Assembly (NCBI GenBank): GCA_046482855.1
Contig: JAWOEH010000061.1
Location: 8,687-72,686 of the forward strand
Direction of reading: 5' to 3'
DNA: 64,000 nt
DNA from: Bacteroidales bacterium
GTDB taxonomy: Bacteria > Bacteroidota > Bacteroidia > Bacteroidales > UBA12077
The translations under genes and the position numbers were made by a program. Every line of letters begins with the position of its first letter. The stretch's first letter is position 1. Below are positions 62,412 through 64,000 of this stretch, piece after piece. The notes beneath the pieces were generated by a model. That model was not told the origin of the DNA, searched no databases, and saw only the letters and a list, made by a program, of their open reading frames with translations.

Positions 62412-62694
62412 GGTAGTTACCTTAAATTTTCTGCATATTTCACTTATTTTCCGAAAAATGCAATCCTTTTTATGTGTTTTGTAATAGTTCTTTTAAATAT
62501 CTTTCTCAACTAACTGTAAATGAGAGGGTATGTCTATGTTGTTAGATGGGAGGCAGTGCGATTTTTCCTTGACCTCCGAGGTGAGAAAGATACAATTTTT
62601 TTAAAATAATGAATTAAGAACTACTAAAAATGGTGCTTATAACTTCTTGGGCAATGGATATCTCTGAAAATTTTTTATTCAACAGGCAAATTCG

Positions 62695-62702
62695 TAATTT
62701 TG
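62695..62702 (+). promoter_or_regulatory. Candidate -7 promoter box (TAnnTTTG) for yebC-family gene
   Basis: TAATTTTG lies 33 nt upstream of the ATG at 62736. Confidence 0.4.
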
Positions 62703-62735
62703 CCAGAAATTTTTACGTAACCAAAATTTTGTGAT

Positions 62736-63479
62736 ATGTCCGGACATAGTAAGTGGGCGAATATTAAGCACCGGAAAGGTGCGCAGGATGCTAAACGGGC
62801 AAAGGTTTTTTCCCGTCTTGTAAAGGAAATTTCCATAGCTGTAAAGGAAGGTGGTCCTGATCCTGAAACCAATCCCCGTTTGCGACTGGCAATGCAGAAC
62901 GCGAAAGGGGTGAATATGCCGAAGGATAATGTGGACCGTGCCATTAGCAAGGCATCAAGCGAGGGGGATAACCTGGAGGCAATGACCTTTGAAGGCTATG
63001 CGCCAAATGGAGTAGCTGTATTTGTTGAGTGTTTAAGTGACAATAATAACCGGACGGTTTCCAATGTTCGAGCCATTTTTAATAAATATGGGGGCTCATT
63101 GGGAAAAAATGGCTCTCTGAGTTTTGTTTTTGATACAAAAGGCGTATTTGCCTTTAATCAGCCCGAAGGATTCGATTCTGAGGAGTTTGAGCTAGAAGTG
63201 ATTGATGCAGGGGCCGATGAAATTGAACTTAACGACGACTTTGTAACTGTTTATACTGCAAAGGAAGACTTCGGCAGCATGCAGAAAAAGTTGGAGGCTT
63301 TAGGCATTGAACTAGAAAATGCTTCCCTCCAACGCATTCCGGTCGATACAAAGGAGGTAGAAGTAGAGGCAGCTTTAAAGGTATTGAAAATGATTGATGC
63401 TTTTGAAGATGATGATGATGTACAAAATGTCTATCATAATTTGGAGTTAACCGAAGAGGTTGAAGCCGCTTTAAGCTAG
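62736..63479 (+). CDS. YebC/PmpR-family DNA-binding transcriptional regulator
   Basis: 247 aa with the invariant N-terminus MSGHSKWANIKHRKGAQDAKR. Confidence 0.95.
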   Translation: MSGHSKWANIKHRKGAQDAKRAKVFSRLVKEISIAVKEGGPDPETNPRLRLAMQNAKGVNMPKDNVDRAISKASSEGDNLEAMTFEGYAPNGVAVFVECLSDNNNRTVSNVRAIFNKYGGSLGKNGSLSFVFDTKGVFAFNQPEGFDSEEFELEVIDAGADEIELNDDFVTVYTAKEDFGSMQKKLEALGIELENASLQRIPVDTKEVEVEAALKVLKMIDAFEDDDDVQNVYHNLELTEEVEAALS

Positions 63480-63634
63480 TTGAATAGTTGTAGTCCTGGA
63501 CGGTCATCGCTGGAAGATGGCCGTTTTCTGTTTGTGCTTTCAACAGATTACCGGGAATAACATTGTAGGGGAATATTCGTTTTACAAACGCAGAGATGAA
63601 GATAGTTTCAAACTAAAGCAAAAATACCTTTCGC

Positions 63635-64000
63635 ATGATAAGACTGGCAAAAATACTATTTGTAATTACACTTACAGGAGTTGTATTGAGTAGTTGCATT
63701 TCAGGGGAAAAACTCTCAATTGGAAATGTGCACGACGTACGTTTAAATACTTCCAACCCCAAAGCGATAGGTCTGGATATTTTGATGCCCATCGATAATG
63801 AAAATTTAAGCGGCTTTACCATTACAGATATTGATCTGGATTTTTTTATTAATGGACAATATCTTGGAAAGATCAGGAATTTGGAGTCTGTCCGGGTAAA
63901 AGGAAATACCAAAAAGTCTTATCACATTCCGTTAACATTGGAAATTAAAAACATGCTGGCCGGTATGATGCTGATGATGAATAAGTCAGAGAAGAGTAAC
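63635..64000 (+). CDS. Lipoprotein, LEA_2 (NDR1/HIN1-like) family candidate; 3' end lies outside the window
   Basis: This ORF is not in the supplied track. The frame is open from the ATG at 63635 to the window edge (122 codons, no stop): MIRLAKILFVITLTGVVLSSCISGEKLSIGNVHDVRLNTSNP...DIDLDFFINGQYLGKI. It has a lipobox (LSSC) and a strand pattern like LEA type 2 proteins. Confidence 0.65.
   Translation, partial: MIRLAKILFVITLTGVVLSSCISGEKLSIGNVHDVRLNTSNPKAIGLDILMPIDNENLSGFTITDIDLDFFINGQYLGKIRNLESVRVKGNTKKSYHIPLTLEIKNMLAGMMLMMNKSEKSN

Noticed and set aside
62412-62735. 324-nt intergenic region between divergent miaB and yebC, examined for an ncRNA or small ORF.
   Set aside because: It contains only a TAnnTTTG box and weak, short potential pairings (GGGAGG...CCTCC). 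I recognised no motif and found no credible ORF. It is most likely two divergent promoter regions.

Overview
This window looks like 64 kb of densely packed core chromosome from a Bacteroidota bacterium. That assignment rests on TAnnTTTG -7 promoter boxes, weak or absent Shine-Dalgarno sequences, and gene families typical of Bacteroidales/Marinilabiliales (RprXY-like two-component pair, ExbB-ExbD-ExbD module, DUF3857/transglutaminase lipoproteins). The species cannot be named from the sequence alone. I support about 57 protein-coding genes, 2 tRNAs (Arg-TCG, Ser-GGA), one SAM-I riboswitch, one clearly decayed pseudogene (PSP1/RicT) and a set of hairpin terminators. Main content in order: groEL 3' end; a PSP1 gene relic; a riboswitch-led Asp-to-Met operon (aspartokinase, metY, metX, hom, metH, metF); lepA; an M3 peptidase; pdxK and a Cof-type HAD; a thioesterase, a PNPOx-fold protein, MTHFS and a response regulator/histidine kinase pair; an M42 peptidase; rnc-fabF-acpP diverging from purN; an M23 peptidase; yitT-leuS; the ExbBD module; ansA-tatD; two glutamate dehydrogenase paralogues flanking dprA; proline dehydrogenase; aroB-aroA; two transglutaminase-like lipoproteins; an aminotransferase and a CDF transporter; a YfiR-like protein with a methyl-accepting chemotaxis protein (MCP); tadA; aspS; a tandem-repeat secreted protein; a STAS protein; a CMD-family protein; miaB; yebC; and a partial LEA_2-like lipoprotein at the 3' edge. 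I found no transposase, integrase, phage, CRISPR, restriction-modification, toxin-antitoxin or recognisable defence genes. This is mostly ordinary housekeeping DNA, not an accessory island, and I cannot point to a convincing novel multi-gene system. The items most worth a second look are the YfiR-like/orphan MCP pair, the active/inactive transglutaminase-like lipoprotein pair, the 31-residue tandem-repeat secreted protein, the decaying PSP1 locus, and the SAM-riboswitch-gated six-gene methionine operon. All calls come from reading the sequence and the supplied ORF translations; no database search or folding computation was run.
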